64,000 nt of DNA, from contig JALMLS010000030.1 of assembly GCA_038496445.1 (NCBI GenBank), positions 62,001 through 126,000 of the forward strand, given 5' to 3'. Shown one piece after another: positions 1 to 11,314 of the stretch; position 1 is the stretch's first letter; the number at the start of each line of letters is the position of its first letter. The stretch is from Trichosphaerium sp. ATCC 40318. Its lineage: Eukaryota > Protista > Tubulinea. The notes below the pieces were generated by a model, which saw only the letters and a program-made list of their open reading frames with translations, was not told the DNA's origin and did not search any database. A program made the position numbers and the translations under genes.

Positions 1-253
1 CAAGGCCGGTCCTTTGCTGGGTTACAATGTAACTGAGGATACAGACAAAATTGCATTTCTTTCACTTCTTTCTGGACATTACGATAACGTTGAAGCTTTT
101 ATAAGGCGTGATGATGGAGACCTTAAGTATAATGTAAGCTATGCTAATAATAATGCCTTCGAAGAAATCTGCGAAGAATATGACGTAGAAGACGATACTG
201 GTTGTACTTCTTCAGATGTTGACGATGACCACTATGGCTCAGACTGGTGGTGA
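1..253 (+). CDS. 3' end of an unknown protein with an acidic C-terminus (partial)
   Basis: Open frame from the window edge ending ...EEYDVEDDTGCTSSDVDDDHYGSDWW*, followed by AATAAA at ~265. No family recognised. Confidence 0.45.
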   Translation, partial: KAGPLLGYNVTEDTDKIAFLSLLSGHYDNVEAFIRRDDGDLKYNVSYANNNAFEEICEEYDVEDDTGCTSSDVDDDHYGSDWW

Positions 254-287
254 ATGTACAGCCAAATAAAGCCTTGCTTCAATCCAA

Positions 288-1753
288 ATGATTCGTAAAG
301 TACCGACCGAAAATACAACTAAGTCCGCTGAGTTACGTGAAGCACGCTTTTTGTTACCTTGGTTTTACGTTTGTGCTTGGCAACAAGTACAGAGATGAAT
401 CATCATCAAAGCAAAAGAAAAAGTGCAAGTTGCTAAATACGGTCTTCACCCTCAAATCCTAAACTCACCAGAAATGTGTCACACAAAAAAGCGCTGTTCT
501 AATTCTACAGGCAGTCAATGAACCTATTTTGAACGATAGAACTGGCACTCAAACCAATGTTAAGCATGAGACACGTATGAATGAATTTTATAACAGTGGA
601 TTGAACCTTCTAGCGTATTTTCTACAATACTTGCTCTACAAGAGTACAAACAATACGCCAGTTCCGTTTTAAGCGTAACGACTACCCAAAACAATCACGT
701 TTTCGCGATTGTAGACATGTTCGCAAAGAAAACCTTACAACTTCACTGGTATTCCCACACTATGTCCAGTCACGTTACTATTGCGTTGGCAATACAAAAA
801 ATGCTTTAGACGACGAAAAAGAACTACCACAAGAGAAAACAACAAACAAGTTCGATTTCAAAAGTACCTACTCGACCATTTTCAAAATACCTCCCTTACT
901 TAAAGTCGATGACATACCAAACCCATCAATAGTGAGTACCCCTTATGTAGCAATGTGTTTCAGAGTAATAAATTACCTCTAGGAGATTGAGAAGAATGGG
1001 AAACGTCGCATTAAGTCAGGCATATCAAATCCAAATGATATCGTTTCACAGCGTAGTTGTAATGCTATAGATAAAACTATAAGGGAGTTGGATGATATAG
1101 AACTTATTAATAAGCGCCACCCACTTCTTGGCGTGGCAGTAATCTATGGTATGGACAAGCAAAGTGATGAAGGGAAAGAAGAATCTACACAACAGGTTCA
1201 ATCCAAAGTTTTCACTGAAACTGATTTAACTTATTCTTCTAGATGGCTCAGCGATTTGCTTCAACTTTACACAATAATTGGAATCTCAGGTAAGAATTTC
1301 TAGTACAACAGATTTGTTTGTTCTACACAGAACAAACTAACATTGAAACAACAGATTTGATGATTGCGATTCTGGTGTTCTGTTATTTATATCAGTATCA
1401 GATAAGGTGGCTGCTATTGCACATGGAAGGGATGTAGCTCACCTGTTATCTCCTGCGCGAAAAAAGACAATCCAAAAGCACATAATCAAAGATCTAAAAC
1501 ACCGTACGAGTTCATTTTGTACTCCTCTCATTGAACCATTTGTAAGGACGTTACTATTTGGAGGCGCCAGACATGGGAGTGAGATATATTAATGACAGTC
1601 TCCGTGGAGTGAATATAGAGTGGGTTATGCATGTTGTACAATTGATTAAGGTCACAGCATTTTTAATTATTTGGTATGTAATTAACACGTGCTTTTGAGA
1701 CTTGAGTTTCTAGTGTACCAACTATATTCATACTCATGCTCTTTGTAGTTTAG
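288..1753 (+). CDS. TPM (TLP18.3/Psb32/MOLO-1) domain protein with C-terminal TM helix, multi-exon
   Basis: Spliced exons give DDIPNP..SNPNDIVS..AIDKTIRELD..LGVAVI..AQRFASTLHNNWNL..DCDSGVLLFISVSDKVAAIAHG..IQKHIIKDLK, matching the TPM pattern. Hydrophobic tail VTAFLIICVPTIFILMLFVV*. Start uncertain. Confidence 0.6.
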
Positions 1754-1803
1754 TTTTTATCTCACAAGCTGACATAAGTATTGACGGAGTGCCAGTTGAC
1801 AAT

Positions 1804-3426
1804 TTATGGGATAAGATAGTTTTTCTGTTCAATTTTATCATAACTTGGTGTAAAGGAGAAAACAAAATTATTGAAAACACAACTGACATAAGCCATTGGA
1901 CTATAACGGCATGTAAATTTATAATAAGTGTGTGCGAGGAAATAACCGAGTATTTCAAACGTGGATAATAAGTAATACTTAATCTGGCAACTGTATTACG
2001 AAACACATGATACAGACGCCAGCCTCGTGTGTAAACAACACATGCACTTGAAGAACATACCATCCAAAGTTTTTGGCTGTTGATTCCATTTTGGAATTGG
2101 ATATTTCTAGTTGTGGCAGAAATAGGTGCAACTATCTCAAGATGAGGGCAATAAACTTGATATGTAAATTAGTCTTTTTTCCAAACTGCAACTATTTTTT
2201 TTCAGTTAAACGACTTGAGTGTTTAGGATTCCAAAATCAGCAATTTTTGAGTTATCTTAGTTGTGTTTTTATTTTGTATTGCTACAACAGAAGGAAACGG
2301 AATACTGAAAGAGAAAAAATGTATCCAAGACATCTTAGTCTACATAACTTTTTTGATGACGAAGTTACAGGCAATGCTGGTGTTCCTGTAATGTTTGGCA
2401 TGCTTGGAGAAATAGTTGTTGGCGCTGTTGTAGGAGATAGGGTTGTGTCTGGTGGATTTGTAGGTGACATTGGTGGCAATGGAGTAGTTGGTGGGATACT
2501 TGGTGTTATAGTTGTAGGTGATACTGTAGTTGGCGATACAGTATTTGATGCTAGAGTCGTTGGTGGTAGGGTAGTAGGCCGTAGAGTTGTAGGTGCTAAG
2601 GTTGTAGGTGGTGGAGTCGTCGGTGGTAGCGTTGTAGGCGATGATATAGTTGGTGGTAGGGTTGGAGAGAGTGTAGTTGGTGACTGTGTTGTTGGTGGCA
2701 GTGTTGTTGGTGGTAGAGTAGTAGGCGGTAATGTTGTTGGTGGTAGTGTCGTCGGAGGAGGCGTTGTAGGTGGTAGATTAGTTGGCGGTGGCGTGTAGTC
2801 AAAAATGTACGCGAACATGCCACCTGTTAATGTATTTTGAGGCGGCAAAGTAAACCTACAAGTTCTTTAACAATGTAAAAAATTAGTCTTACGCACGTGA
2901 ATGATGTAGAATTGAAGCTTATATTTGTTGGAGGTTTTCGGAAAGTAGATGATACTAAATTAAACCCTATTTTCATTAGAAAATCGCTTATCACGTGGAT
3001 GAGATGTTGTTCTATCTCCACAATCGATTGAATTTTTTTTAATACCTGTAACGACGGGTTGATCCATCTCACAAGTCATGACAATGTTACTACCGAAATC
3101 AACCAAACCTATTGTATCGAATTGTAGGGTGAATGACGTGGAGTCAATATTAACAGATGTTGTTGCTCCATTGGCAGAGTAACTATATTCAGTGGCCGTA
3201 TCGCTGACAATGAATGCTGGGTTATTAGGTTGATTCGATCGCGTGAGTAGATTAAACTCGGTTGATGTTACATTGTAATCACAGAAGCCTCTGTCACCCA
3301 CACCTATTTGAACATTAAGTTGTCTTGTTTGTTTAGACTGCTAGACCAAGTTTCTTTCTAAAAGGATGTACTTATTGATAAGGCTGACGCGAACAGAATA
3401 CAAAAGCATAGAATACATTTAATCAT
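1804..3426 (-). CDS. Secreted or surface protein with a mucin-like Pro/Thr tract
   Basis: Signal peptide MIKCILCFCILFASALS, an intron joining to SVGDRGFCDY..., then the TTLPP repeat exon. 3' exons and stop uncertain. Confidence 0.6.
2407..2794 (-). repeat. Coding 15-bp degenerate tandem repeat, (TT[L/x][P/S]P)n
   Basis: PTTLPPTTLPPTTLPP... in ORF 2282-2848, with synonymous variation between units. Confidence 0.9.
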
Positions 3427-4937
3427 TGTAGCGTAGGATGAGAAAATAAAGTTTAGCAGTTAAAACTTATCAACAATGTTAGTACTTAACAGTGCAAGCC
3501 AGATAGTTTGTTTGAAGTGCTTTACAAAGCGTAAAAGTTTTCTGATCTATTTATGGAATAAACTAAGCTAAAAACACTAAGTGTTTCTGCATTAGACGAC
3601 AATAAGACAGTGCGTCAGTGTTTATCCCAAAAAGATGAAAACTTTTTCTGTACCAAACCGCAAATGCTAAAAGCACCTAAAAATAAATAGAACTGCGTAC
3701 CAAAAGGGTTTGCTAATCTTTTGATGCTCGATTAATGGTGTATTTGCAAAAAATCCTGTACACAAAATTAAGATTATTTGTACTACAAGTCAATGTTATT
3801 CTTTTTTCCTGCAATTGCATCTTCCGTTTCCTCAGTGTCTTATACACAGTCACTCGTGTTGTTTAAAGTGTAATAAGCTAGGTAGTCTATTCATTTAAGT
3901 ACACAATTGAAATAGTACTGTGGTGAACGACACGGCAGACCAATCTCTTGTTTCAAACTTGTCTCCGAAGTTCGGTTTAGAACTAATTTAGAAATAATTT
4001 GTATTCAGTGAACTTTCCAACGTTTCAGGCGTAGTCACAACTTTGTACACAAATATCTTGTGAAAATAACCACGCATTGCTGCACCAGAGCTATCGGTCC
4101 GGGACAACGTGTTGGTTTTCCTCCGAGATTGTCTTGAGCTGCTTTTGTTGGATGAGGATATCTTACTTAGTGATCTTAGGACTTTTTTTAGACAGAAGCA
4201 TTTTCTTCCATTGTTTTTAATCCTGTTGGTAGAGTTGCTATTCAACTTCTCTTCCAAAGGTACCTACTGTTTGTTTATCCATGGGATTTGTACATGTTGA
4301 AATTTCAACTGTAGCGAAAACTGGACATCTACCACGCCAAACAAAAGTTGATGTTTCTTTTTGCAGTTCTATGGTCGTAATTACCAATCGTTCTTAAATA
4401 CCGTGAGAGCATGTGGCTACACAAGGCTCAATAGAACTAATATGGAAAAAGTGCACCAACAAACATTGGTGATACATCCACAGGACTAATTGTACTCCAG
4501 AGAAAATGACTGTACATGCAACTAATGATTCTCCTCATCTATAAGCTCTATTGGAATTGGTGTTTCATCATCCTTGTCTCGATGAATAACGGTTGCTTTA
4601 GTTTCCTACTATATTTCCATTGGGTATAAATGTTGGGGTCTACTATGTAACTCGACAAGTCAATTCCGTCTTCATGATACATATTTTCTTAGCGTGATGT
4701 AATAAACATACGAAGGAGATGCTCTGAAATCTATTATTTGACACGAGGATCCTCGCTACACTCGCTACTCCACGGAGTTCATGTCCGTAAACGATAGGTA
4801 GCTATTCATAACAACAAGTTCAAATCGGGCCTTACTTTATTGAGCAATACACACAAAGTCCAAACTTGATTGATTTAACAACAGTAACTTAACTTGGTAT
4901 ACCAATTTATATATTTACAACATTCCAACTGCTCCAA

Positions 4938-7900
4938 ATGCAACACCCCAACAAAACTCTTTTCTCGGGGTTTGTTTTTGCCTTTATTGTAACATTTTCA
5001 TATTGCGCAGTTCTTCGTGTTGAGACAAATGGTACGCTGAACCTAAATGGTACTACAAAAGCATAAGCTCACACGATGAAAGGCGTCGATATCGGAGATT
5101 GTCAAAACGAGCCCTGTCAGTCTCTCTACCATGCATTTAATCATACTTCGCCCAAAGACACCATACAACTAGGAGATGGCGTGTTTTCAGGTGAGCTTAG
5201 AGTAAAAGTTTTTAGAAGGTAAAAAAATAACCCTAAAATAGGTCCGAACAACACGAATCTTATTTTAGAAGCATCTCTATTCAATATAACAATTAAAGGT
5301 ATGTGAAATCAATCAATCTCGCTTGAAGGCACCAACGAAAGCCAACAACAAAATATCCACACTATGTAACATAACCTTTTGAGCCAAACTCATTTTTGAA
5401 AACGCCTTTCCTCGTAACAACCACGTGGGGCGGAGTATTTTTAGATCTTTTTTTGGTTGTTTATTGTACATGTTTGCGCTCGTTGTTGTGAAGCGAGCAC
5501 CATTTTTAGGATTAGCACGCTTCGTTTTTATTGAAAATAAAACTCTTTTCACGCGTTGAATGACCTAATTCTCTTCGTAAAGGAAGCTCATCTACGATAA
5601 TACAAGGATTTAATTTTAATCATTTTCTGGACATACAAGAATGTCAGGAGGGGTTTTTTTGTGGTCTTACGATAACCTACATAACATTCCAAGGACTACA
5701 ATGTATTCAAGACGTATGACGTTGATAGCGCGATTATAAACGTGACGCTAGTAGTTTTATTTATTTTTAAATAGGGAGATAAACCAGCTATCCTTGATAT
5801 TGGTAAACATTGGCATGTCTCTATAAGGTGCGTTTTCGAAAATAGAAATTTCAAAATTCGTTAGTTTTGTTTCATTCAAACTTGCTTTAAACAGCCTCAC
5901 AAACGCTATAACGGTATTACTTTGCAAAACTAACTCATGTTAACGGTTTTTTCGATCGACCTTCCGTTTTATGGCACCTCAACATCCTCAATCACGAGGC
6001 AATCATTTTATTACAAATCTACTAGTAAAGTGATCTTTTGGTCTTATTAATTTTCTTTTATTCAGTGATTCTGTCTTTATTGACAATGGATGCGCCTACA
6101 ACGCCACAAACGATACTTCTAGTATAATCAGTGCTAAGGAGTCTTTCTTAATACTCACCAGGTCCGTTTCATCTTTAAAACTAATACACGTGACCATATT
6201 TCTAGAGTTCGCTTTGAACGTAATCAAGGAAGCATCGATATTTCGAACACCTCCATGGATGTACTCGATTCTTCTTTTCAGTTTGGAACGTCTAAAAATG
6301 GTACAGCCTACAGAAAACCATCCAAAGCTAACACGTGTACACAGGACAAATTAGAGGCCAAGGACAGATCAATATGAACATTAAAAACAGCCAATTTTCA
6401 AGCTGCAACGGAAGCGCTGTTGGTGAGAGCCATAACGATGTGTAAATCTAACCTTGAATAGACATCCGAACTTCCAACGGAACCTCAAGCATAAGCATAC
6501 TTGATTCTGAATTTACTTCGAATACAGCTCTTGCTGGCGGAGCGCTTTTTCTACAGGGCATTAACTCCATTACAGTGGAAGGGTGCAATTTCCGGTAAGA
6601 GTATCCTTAAACAATCGCCAGATTAACTCTAAATAGAACCAACGCCGCTAATGACTCTGATGATGGTTCACACGGCGGTGGAGTATATATTGAATCTTGC
6701 TCAGACGTGCTTGTAAGAAACTCAACTTTTAAAGAAAACGCAGCATTTGTTGATGGCGGTGGAATGTACATTCTTGGTTCAGCCTTCATTGAAGTAAGAT
6801 CATGTGTCTTTGAACATAACTACGCCATCATAGATGACGGAGGTGGTTTATTTATGGAAGAAAGTAGCAATATAACAGTCGTTGATGTTCGAGTTGAGCA
6901 TAATGAAGCTACGGACTTGGGCGGTGCGATGTACTTTCTTAGATGTAACAATGTAACGGTTTCCTCGGTACACGCTTTTAACAATACGGCCATCGACCGT
7001 GGTGGTGCTGTATGCGCTTTCGAAGTCGACAGCATTGCGTTTTACGATAGTACATTCATCGATAATCGTGGTGAACAGCGTGGTGGAGCTTTTTACTCTT
7101 TCCGAACAGACGTAGTATTGTTTAAAAGCTGTAGATTTGAGAGAAATTATGCTATTATATTCGGTGGCGCTATCTATTCATATTCAGATGCGGAAGGCGC
7201 AAAGATATCGATTCAAAACGGACATTTTATTAATAACACTGCTGCCAATAGTGGAGGAGGTGTCTATGTGAATGTACCTGAAACAACGATAACCAATTGC
7301 ACTTTCAAAGACAATGAAGCTACAAAAGGCGGAGGAATAAGACTCTTTGATGGTTTCCGTGGAGAATCTATAGCGATGATATCAAACTCACTTTTCAATA
7401 ATAACGTGGCTATTGAGAGTGGCGGAGGAATAGCAGCTGAATCAGACAGAGTTCAAACTCTCTTTGTAACAAACTGCAAGTTCAATGAAAACACAGCACC
7501 ACTTGGGAGTTCCCTACATGTATTCATCTCCAACAATGGAGAAACACGTGGAGTTGTGAGTGGAAACGTCTTTGTGAACAACACAGGATACGGTACAAAT
7601 TTACCCTTTTTCTTTGGATGACGTGATTTCTAAAGTTCCTTTTTAGGTATTTCAATGAAAGAAGAGCATAATAACATAACTCTTTTTAACAATACTTTTG
7701 AGAACTCTCATCCTGCAGACTTTCACAATTTGTTTCCTACTACCCATAGTACGTCACTATTCTTCAGCAGTACTTGAACTTATTTTGTTGTAGACAACAC
7801 TTTTGACAAGCTGTCAAGTCCTCTAGATGGAATATGGACTAAGAAATACTCAGATACCGTCAATACCTTTGAAGTGAACGGTGCAGTAGAATTTGAGGAC

Positions 7901-10051
7901 CAAGGATCTTTCACAGTCTTGTCAACATTCACTGGAGAGCAAGGAATGCTAAACGTACGTTGCCAGGATATTGTAATTACCTTATTTTGGATAGGGCTCT
8001 TTGGTTGATAGTAAAGATATATATAGCCTTTCCTTTGCACCAACCTGCTCTTCCAAGGTGGCTGGTGTAAGCTTTGAAAATATGACAATCGAAAACAAAG
8101 GTGTTGTCAATGTTGCACCATCAGTATCGAATACTCTATACATGCCAAATACCCGTATAGTCAGCACAGGTTCTAGCATATTTTATGTAAGCAATTTCAT
8201 GTTCATACATGGTCAATCAAGTTCGCTGCACATGAAAAACAACTCAACGCTGGTCATGAACGTGCGTATTATTTATCGAACAAGTCTCTCCAGCTAACTG
8301 AATATAAAGGGTAAAATTGTGCTGAAATCTATTCACGTTACAATCGATTCCACAAGCACTGTTAACACTACAATTGGGATGACAGAAATCTCTTGTACTA
8401 CAGGCACAATTATAGATATTTGTACGTATATGTGTAGCTTCAAGAAATGAGATGGTGTTACTAACTGTATTATAGCTGGTACAGTAAACGTGAACTTTAT
8501 TGCAGAAACTTTCACACGTGCTCCACAAGTAGGCTCTGAATATGTCTTGATGTCGTTTGAAGCAGGGTCTTATTTAAGAAACAATGGAACTTTTGTGCTT
8601 ACCGACAGTACTGGCGCAGCTATTCCAACACAACTTGTCATCACTAATACATCAATGTCTCTAAAGATTCTGGAGAAACAAAGAGTTGTTAAAGAGTGGA
8701 GTGCATGGGATGATATCTCAACCATTACCGTGGTAGTGCTAGCTTCTATTGGCATCATTGTCACATTGATTTGCTTCTTCACGCTTGTTTGGTTCTGGTA
8801 TGTATTACTTTCTTCTTATCTTTAACATGACAATAACAAAGGCGGTCGTCTCCAATACTTAAAGCATCAACTCGAGAATTACTTGTAGTTGTTATACTTG
8901 GCATCATATTTTTGTACTCAGGAGCAGTCACGTGGTACGCAGTTCAGACTAAGTACTTCGTTGACTCATTTTGAATTTACTAGGATTGTACCAGTATCGA
9001 CTCCGTTTTGTGAGCTAAGGATATGGCTTCCTTTGATGGGCTTTATAATGGTTGTAGCGTGCGTATTAATCGATAACACTTTTCTGGTTTTTTTCTTAGT
9101 CACTCCGCAGGCCATTGATAGCAAAGACATACCGCATTTATCTTATTTTTGGTAAACTTGAGAAAAGCCCTTTAAGCATTGTATCAGTATCTCTAAGAGT
9201 AGTCCTCAATATAGCTGCACTACTGATAGCTGGTCAAATAGTATCCCTTAATACTTTTCTTCTTTTTTACCACGACATTAAATCCCTTAACTCACCATCA
9301 AGGTAGCTCTAATAATATGGTCAGCAATGTCACCAAATCGTATAACATTCACTCCTGAGCCTAAAGACGATGGTTTCAAACTTGCTCAATGTACAAGCGA
9401 GTTTGCACGTGTATTCTTGATACTCACCATTGTTTATGACGTACAATACCACTAGTTCACTTTTGTCTTTTGCAAGCTTTATTCTAACTACAAGATTCCT
9501 AGGGAGCTATTCTCGTGTTTGGTGCATATCTGGCGTTTGCTGTAAGAAAAGTACCTAATGTTTATAATGAATCGAGATGGTTGGGTGCTGCTATTTATAG
9601 TACACTTACATGGGCGATTATTCTTGTAGTTTTAGGTTACACAACGAACTCCCCGTCCCTTCTAAAAACAACGAGTGTTATCTTCTCAACTGCGATATTA
9701 TTCAGCGCTTCAGGCACGTGAACAAAAAAAAAAGGAGCACTTTAAAAACTGTGTTTTTGTCCGACGCTCTCTAACCCTCTTAGTCATACTTGCTGTCATA
9801 TTTGGTCCGAAACTGTATGTGGTACTCTCTGATAACGATAATGCAATTAAAAACTCTGAAATGTACGCTTATATTGATACATCTCTAGTAAGTGGTGCAT
9901 TATTAACTTTTTTTCTTCTCCTAGAGAATTGGATTTGAGTTGTGTATCAGATGCTACAGATATAAGTGTAATAGAAAAACAAAAAAATGAGATACAGAGA
10001 CTCAAAGATAGCGTCGCACGTCTTAAACAAGAACTCAAAGAAAAATCATAA
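4938..10051 (+). CDS. Class C (family 3, GABA-B/Grl-like) GPCR with Pmp-like right-handed beta-helix ectodomain
   Basis: Signal peptide MQHPNKTLFSGFVFAFIVTFSYC. Many FxxN..GG[A/G][I/V/M/F] repeats (6480-7590). 7TM motifs CELRIWL, AKTYRIYLIF, RKVPNVYNESRWLG, FGPK. C-terminal coiled coil IEKQKNEIQRLKDSVARLKQEL. Confidence 0.85.
9241..9302 (+). other. Candidate U12-type (minor) intron
   Basis: Donor GTATCCCTT, branch site TCCCTTAAC about 11 nt from AAG, no pyrimidine tract. Splicing restores AGQI|VALIIW. Confidence 0.65.
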
Positions 10052-10458
10052 AACAAAACTTGTAACAATACTACTCTATTAGTACTTAACGCTATTCTGT
10101 TCGCTGCTTCTCCAACAGAAAACGAATGAGTTTTACATAATGGACTACATAAACAACGCATCACGTTTCAGCATACATTATATGCAATTTAAAAACTATT
10201 TTTTTTGAGCTGATTTTATGAGTTATTCTAACACGTTGTAAGTTGTTGCTGCTATTATTATCATGGCTGTGTTTACTATCGTTCAAGAAAAAAACCAAGC
10301 TTACACAGAAGTAGCTTGAGCTATACCTTGATAAAAAAGCTGTCCAAAGAAACTTGTACAACGTTAAAGAGCAAAGAATCATTTATTTATGATACAGAAA
10401 AGTCATGTTAACTATTTTTTGGTTTGTTGTTTTATTCCTATTTTACTACTATGTTGTC

Positions 10459-10935
10459 TTATTTACCAAAGCATTCAGTTACTAAATCAATCTCCCACTG
10501 AGACATTTTCATTAGTTTGGTGTTTTTCGTCTGCTTAAAATTGATTGACTTCGATGAATACCTCCATACATCTCCTTTACTACTTTTATCAATGGACCAT
10601 CCACCAACTTGCCAACTTTCTATACGCTTTGATACCCATTTCTCCTTCTTGGCAAGATCCAAGAGACCATGATGTGCATAAGTCGTAATCCTTCCCAATA
10701 CTTTTTTGGATGTTATAACAAATGTAGTCCTGTTATGTTCGTAAATACTAAGGCAAAGGTATCCTTGTTTTCCATGCGATTTTGGTTTTTCCTTTTTGGT
10801 TGTTTCTTTACCATCAATAATTATCTTAAACTTGTGTGATATTTTACAGTCTTCAGGGTCTATTTTAGAGTCCGGTTTGTTCTTACATTGTTGTTTGTAC
10901 AACTTTTTTTCGAGCATGTTTTGACTTTTTCCCAT
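10459..10935 (-). CDS. Hypothetical basic protein, intronless, 158 aa
   Basis: Complete ATG-to-stop ORF of non-repetitive sequence. No family recognised. Confidence 0.6.
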   Translation of the reverse strand: MGKSQNMLEKKLYKQQCKNKPDSKIDPEDCKISHKFKIIIDGKETTKKEKPKSHGKQGYLCLSIYEHNRTTFVITSKKVLGRITTYAHHGLLDLAKKEKWVSKRIESWQVGGWSIDKSSKGDVWRYSSKSINFKQTKNTKLMKMSQWEIDLVTECFGK

Positions 10936-11314
10936 GTTGATTGTAGGTGTTTTTTCTTGGATTGCGTTGATTGATTATAGCAAGAGATAGGTATCTACTT
11001 GTTTGTGATAGGAAGATTATGAATTAAGAACAGGTCAGATGTTAAGTTTGGATCACGTGAAATATCAAAACACACGTGATTTTCACATGAACCTGGTGAA
11101 TTGGTTCTGTTTTCGCTTTTGCTTGATAGCGCATGCGCTTTACAAGATAATAATTGGTAGAAGACTTTAATGATGTCACAAGCGGGAAAATACGTGATTA
11201 TGTGCACCGCCGTATGTCTCCTCATTTTTCCCCGCTATTGCGCCACTTGGAATGTTAGATCACCTTAACAAGTACGTTGTTACATTTACAACCACCGTAG
11301 GGTACACAGCATAA

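Noticed and set aside
2073-2798. 241-aa Val/Gly-rich ORF on the + strand
   Set aside because: Antisense shadow of the Pro/Thr repeat exon. The signal peptide and splice sites are on the - strand.
3800-4800. Short ORFs and exon-like pieces on the - strand
   Set aside because: I could not assemble a coherent spliced gene or recognise a domain.
6601-6608. GTATCCTT as a U12 donor
   Set aside because: It is internal to an intron whose in-frame donor is GTAAGA just upstream.
6707-7621. Bacterial contamination (Pmp-like here, PhnD-like at 26.4-27.1 kb)
   Set aside because: Both regions are interrupted or flanked by spliceosomal introns and splice in frame to eukaryotic 7TM exons.
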